NCBI GenBank assembly: GCA_045107035.1
Contig: JBGCFS010000044.1
Span: 7,622 to 71,621, forward strand
Length of the DNA: 64,000 nt
Direction: 5' to 3'
From: Hyphomicrobiales bacterium
GTDB lineage: Bacteria > Pseudomonadota > Alphaproteobacteria > Rhizobiales > GCA-2746425
Part shown: positions 60,079 through 64,000 of the stretch, in pieces
How the letters are laid out: each line of letters begins with the position of its first letter
How positions within the stretch are numbered: position 1 is the first letter of the stretch
Program-made: the position numbers and the translations under genes
Notes under the pieces: model-generated
What the model was told of the DNA's origin: nothing
The model's input: the letters and a program-made list of their open reading frames with translations, nothing else
Databases searched by the model: none

Positions 60079-60111
60079 TTGGTGCGCGGTTCCTGGATTT
60101 CTTCTGCGTAT

Positions 60112-61722
60112 TCAGTGACCGCCGCTTAAACTGCCTGTTTTGACCGAATAGTCAGCAGCCAGTCCGTAATCTGGATCGTCATCAGAATCCACCATCAGCT
60201 GTCCCGCTCGATTGAGCAATTTATGGCAATCCCGAGACAAGTGCCGTAGCTGCAAGTTTTTACCATTCGCTTCATACTTAGAGGCGAGCGTTTCAATGGC
60301 CTGCAATGCCGATTGATCAACGACCCGGCTGTTCATGAAATCAACAATCACCAGACCGGGATCTTTTTGCGGATTAAAGATTTCGGAAAACCCGTCAGCT
60401 GAACCGAAGAACAGCGGACCTTCAATCTGATAAACTTTCGCGCCCTCTGGCGTAGTATGCGCTTTGGCGTGAATACGCGTAGCGTTATTCCACGCATAGG
60501 CCAGCGCAGACATGATGACGCCAACAACAACAGCAATGGCCAAATCTGTTAGCACTGTTACGACTGTCACCAGGACGATCATGAGCGCATCAGTCATTGG
60601 AATGCGGCGCAAGATTGTCAGGCTTTGCCACGCAAATGTGCCTATCACCACCATAAACATTACCCCGACAAGAGCGGCCAGAGGAATTTGTTCAATGAGG
60701 CCGGAGGCCACCAGAATGAATGCCAGCAAGAACAATGCCGCAGCAATGCCAGACAAGCGTGTACGACCACCAGATTTAACATTGATCATAGACTGACCAA
60801 TCATGGCACAACCGCCCATGCCCCCGAAGAATCCAGTTACTGTATTCGCAAGTCCCTGAGCCACGCACTCCTGAGATGCGCCGCCACGTTGCTCCGTGAT
60901 TTCGCCAACAAGGTTCAAAGTTAGCAAGCTTTCAATTAAGCCGATGGCCGCTAGAATAAGAGCAAACGGGAAGACAATTCGGAGAGTTTCTAACGTAAGT
61001 GGTACCATCGGAATATGGAACTGAGGTAGGCCGCCTTCGATAGATGCCAGATCACCAACACGCGGCACATCAATGCCAAAAAAGATCACGATTCCAGCGA
61101 CTATACCAATACCCGCAAGCGGCGCAGGAATGGCCTTTGTCAATTTAGGCATCAGCCAGATGATCGCCATCGTAAGTGCAACCAAACCCAGCATATTTGC
61201 CAATGGCCAACCACTCATCCAAGTTTTAAGGCCATCTGTGCCAGTTACTTGAAACTGTGTTAACTGAGCCATAAAAATTACAATAGCCAGCCCGTTAACA
61301 AACCCTAGCATCACAGGATGAGGCACGAGGCGAATGAATTTCCCTAGGCGGAAAATGCCCGCTAAAATCTGCATAATGCCCATGAGTACTACAGCCGCGA
61401 ACAAATACTCAACGCCGTGCATAGCTACCAACGACACCATTACCACAGCCAAAGCGCCGGTTGCGCCGGATATCATTCCCGGCCGACCACCCAGAACTGC
61501 CGTTATCAAACCAACGATAAAAGCTGCATACAAACCAACAAGTGGATGAACACCCGCAACGAACGCGAAAGCAACAGCCTCAGGCACCAATGCCAACGCA
61601 ACGGTAAGGCCAGAGAGTAGTTCTGTTTTAATTCGACTTGGCGTAAATTGTGTCGGAGTTCCGCCGTTCCAATCAGGAAATGACAGTCGTTCGGCAAAAG
61701 CGGAAAGCGTTGGCTTGTTCAC
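60112..61722 (-). CDS. SulP-family inorganic anion permease with STAS domain
   Basis: SGLTVALALVPEAVAF, GGRPGMISGATG, GGCAMIGQS, STAS region GPLFFGS...VDQSAL. Confidence 0.92.
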   Translation of the reverse strand: MNKPTLSAFAERLSFPDWNGGTPTQFTPSRIKTELLSGLTVALALVPEAVAFAFVAGVHPLVGLYAAFIVGLITAVLGGRPGMISGATGALAVVMVSLVAMHGVEYLFAAVVLMGIMQILAGIFRLGKFIRLVPHPVMLGFVNGLAIVIFMAQLTQFQVTGTDGLKTWMSGWPLANMLGLVALTMAIIWLMPKLTKAIPAPLAGIGIVAGIVIFFGIDVPRVGDLASIEGGLPQFHIPMVPLTLETLRIVFPFALILAAIGLIESLLTLNLVGEITEQRGGASQECVAQGLANTVTGFFGGMGGCAMIGQSMINVKSGGRTRLSGIAAALFLLAFILVASGLIEQIPLAALVGVMFMVVIGTFAWQSLTILRRIPMTDALMIVLVTVVTVLTDLAIAVVVGVIMSALAYAWNNATRIHAKAHTTPEGAKVYQIEGPLFFGSADGFSEIFNPQKDPGLVIVDFMNSRVVDQSALQAIETLASKYEANGKNLQLRHLSRDCHKLLNRAGQLMVDSDDDPDYGLAADYSVKTGSLSGGH

Positions 61723-62054
61723 GGTGAATCAATCCATTCTAAGGCATGAGTTCATCTTGGGAGGTTTTGTAACGCCTTTACATAACCAACTTGCGAAACC
61801 ATGCAAGTTTGAAAGGGCATTTTGGCCCAAAAGCGCCGGGAATACTTAATATACTCGCGATTTATCGAAATATAACTCATGCAATGTTTGTCTCCCGGCA
61901 ACATGGGCAGATCGAATGGGCATCAAAGCCAACTGAAAATGCAGCTGTTGAACCCGGACTAAGACGTCGTAGATCCATTTGGATACACGCACCGTTTGTT
62001 TTGAATGAAGACGGCCCAAAAAAAAACGTACAAATCATCCTGCTCAACATCTAC

Positions 62055-62498
62055 CTATTGAACAGGGTGTTGCATTCTCGAGCCAACACCAAGCCTATTC
62101 AACATATTTATCATGCTAATTGCAACTGTGAGTTGCGCTACTTCCTTTTGTGAAAACACCGCCAACATCACTTGGTAGTCAACATCGGGAATTCCAGTTT
62201 GGGCAGCAAATGTAATACTTTCTGTCCACTGCAGGACGGCGCGATCCCGTTCATCAAAGAACTGAGATTCTTGCCAAGTCGATACAAGATGTAGCATCTG
62301 AGGAGCTAAACCGTGCGCCAATGCCTCCTTAACATGAAGATCGACACAATAAGCGCACCCATTCATTTGAGAAGCCCGCAGCCTTACTAGGTGTAAGTAA
62401 CGATGATCAATGCCAGATTTTTTGACCGCCATATTCAACGCACCTATTGCCCCATACACATCAGGAACAAGTTCCGAAATATCCATTCGAGGCTTCAT
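62055..62498 (-). CDS. Carboxymuconolactone decarboxylase/AhpD-like protein
   Basis: LVRLRASQMNGCAYCVDLH (CxxC), INMLNRL. Confidence 0.9.
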   Translation of the reverse strand: MKPRMDISELVPDVYGAIGALNMAVKKSGIDHRYLHLVRLRASQMNGCAYCVDLHVKEALAHGLAPQMLHLVSTWQESQFFDERDRAVLQWTESITFAAQTGIPDVDYQVMLAVFSQKEVAQLTVAISMINMLNRLGVGSRMQHPVQ

Positions 62499-62525
62499 GC
62501 ATTTTCCAATTTTTTATTGTTTACG

Positions 62526-62552
62526 AATCATAGATATAATATATCGATGATT
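62526..62552. promoter_or_regulatory. Rrf2-type 13-1-13 inverted-repeat operator
   Basis: AATCATAGATATA-A-TATATCGATGATT (one mismatch) in the 90-bp divergent gap between the CMD and Rrf2 genes. Confidence 0.7.
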
Positions 62553-62588
62553 AAATTCCGCAAGATTAACTTTTCAATGGAGACTGAT

Positions 62589-63083
62589 ATGAGACGTCTT
62601 GGAGATGGTGTCGAAGCTGCGCTTCATTGTTCCCTTGTTCTTGCAGCTCTGCCTAAAGATAAGGTTCTACCGGGGAAAACCCTTGCAGAGTTTCACGGTG
62701 TTTCGCAAACATACCTATTCAAACATTTGCGCGCCCTCACGGAAGCAAACATCGTTGACGCACTTCCTGGCCCAAAAGGAGGCTACCGCCTTAGCAGAGA
62801 GCCTAATCTCATAACCTTATTGGATATTGTGGAAGCAATTGATGGAACGGAACCGGCTTTTGTCTGTCGTGAAATCCGCCGTCGTGGTCCCTGCAAATCC
62901 GAACATTCATGCGCATACAAATCGGACTGCTTTATTAAAACTCGGATGCTTGCTTCAGAAAACGTCTGGCGCGACTCACTGAGAAACCAGACGGTGGAGG
63001 ATCTTGTGCAAGATGGAGATAAGACAATCGGCGACGAGACCAAAAAACGCGTTTCCAGCTTTATCAAATCTGTCCAACGCTAA
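62589..63083 (+). CDS. Rrf2-family regulator (RsrR-like)
   Basis: GVEAALHC, SQTYLFKHL, GPKGGYRLSR, FVCREIRRRG, DCFI. ATG 62589 with GGAG RBS. Confidence 0.88.
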   Translation: MRRLGDGVEAALHCSLVLAALPKDKVLPGKTLAEFHGVSQTYLFKHLRALTEANIVDALPGPKGGYRLSREPNLITLLDIVEAIDGTEPAFVCREIRRRGPCKSEHSCAYKSDCFIKTRMLASENVWRDSLRNQTVEDLVQDGDKTIGDETKKRVSSFIKSVQR

Positions 63084-63422
63084 TCATCTGCAAATTCAAA
63101 CAAAAATTGCTTATTCGATCGGATTATACTTTGGGAATAATGGTGCACCGGGAAGGATGATGGTGGGAACCAATTCATAGTAGGTATATTCTTCTGATTT
63201 CTGCCTTGGGTTAACGACCCACCCGCCAACTGGCAAACCGTGCGGTTTGGCGATTAGTGTCAATTGAAACGCGACGTGCATAGCAGATGAGCGAGTCAGT
63301 TTTCATATACTGGCGGTCGAGAACCATCTGATCCCAGGCTGCAACATGACAGCCAGGGTGTGGTAATTTTGGGTAGGAAGCAGACGTTCGTTGCACTTGC
63401 TTCAACAGGCAGCTATGCGGGT

Positions 63423-63868
63423 TTAATGACCGTCCAACGATGTTGATGGGTCCGCATAGACAACTTCAAGAAGCCTTTCTCCAACCTGTTCATATTTAAC
63501 CTGTCCCCAAAGCCTGATCAGCGTCTCCTCGTTCGTGACATTTCTCACAACTACTGTGGACTCTTGGATCGTTCCTTCTGGCAGTTGCTCGTCTAGTTTG
63601 GTTCGCTTCGATGTGATGTCGGAGAACATCAAATATAGATAAGTAAACGCCATCAGTTGTTGTTTTTCGATTGATATCAAATAGTTTTCGATTTCATGAG
63701 CTGCAGATACAGAAGCATCAAAGCTGCTATCCCGCACGGCGCGTCAAGTTTGACAAACAATAAAAACAACTTTTGGTCGCTCAAAATTAGCAAACCACCC
63801 TTGGTATTTTCTACCCCGTGTGTGATGAGTTTGTCTGTGACGAACTGATATATCGAAGCCTTGGTCAT
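63423..63868 (-). pseudogene. Hypothetical protein, probably split by a 1-nt deletion
   Basis: Two overlapping minus-strand ORFs (63677-63868 and 63423-63737) join as ...FVKL[E/D]RAVRDSSFD... if one base is restored at about 63744. Confidence 0.45.
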
Positions 63869-64000
63869 TGGTATTCTATCGCATCTTTGTGACTTAGCTA
63901 CAACGCGTTAAGGCGGTCACTATGGGCTCATCTTCACCGACTAGGACTGAAGAATGAGACATACACACGAAAGCCATTCCTATGCTGCTGACCGCACAGT

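Noticed and set aside
61791-62153. 120-aa plus-strand ORF between sulP and the CMD gene
   Set aside because: Overlaps the CMD gene antisense, no recognisable motif; treated as a shadow ORF.
1-64000. Other ORF-track entries overlapping assigned genes; tRNA, rRNA, CRISPR, IS or prophage features
   Set aside because: The overlapping ORFs are antisense or off-frame shadows of well-supported genes. I saw no repeat-spacer array, transposase, integrase, phage gene or structural RNA gene.

Overview
A 64 kb chromosomal window from an alphaproteobacterium (Rhizobiales/Rhodobacterales-like gene content). It holds no rRNA, tRNA, CRISPR array or recognisable mobile element. Left to right: (1) assimilatory nitrate uptake and regulation, nasT-nasS then a sigma54 promoter and ANTAR two-hairpin/terminator leader ahead of nasFED (nasD runs off the left edge); (2) a Liv-type ABC transporter; (3) an uncharacterised sugar/polyol catabolic cluster: Tat-exported SBP, permeases, ATPase, PfkB kinase and two hypotheticals, divergent from a SAF-domain oxidoreductase, AcoAB-like E1alpha/E1beta/E2 and a SorC-type regulator; (4) a lytic transglycosylase, scoAB and an ATC-hydrolase-domain gene; (5) a translationally coupled periplasmic trio of amidohydrolase, YtkA-like protein and MauG-type di-heme enzyme; (6) fasciclin; (7) an operon-like run of sqdB (UDP-sulfoquinovose synthase), a BcsB-like periplasmic protein and a processive QxxRW GT2 synthase, directly downstream of phoR-pstSCAB-phoU-phoB; (8) ppk2, cytochrome c, YceI; (9) an interrupted LysR and quinol monooxygenase pair, a Zn-ADH-family gene and a GT4; (10) soeABC; (11) Tat-exported MBL hydrolase and nitroreductase with MarR and a 46-bp palindrome; (12) SulP, a CMD/AhpD gene and an RsrR-type Rrf2 with its operator. 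The best candidate for an undescribed system is the sqdB + BcsB-like + GT2 locus, a putative synthase-dependent sulfoquinovose-containing exopolysaccharide pathway. The MauG-type trio ranks second. All family calls come from motif recognition; no database search was run.
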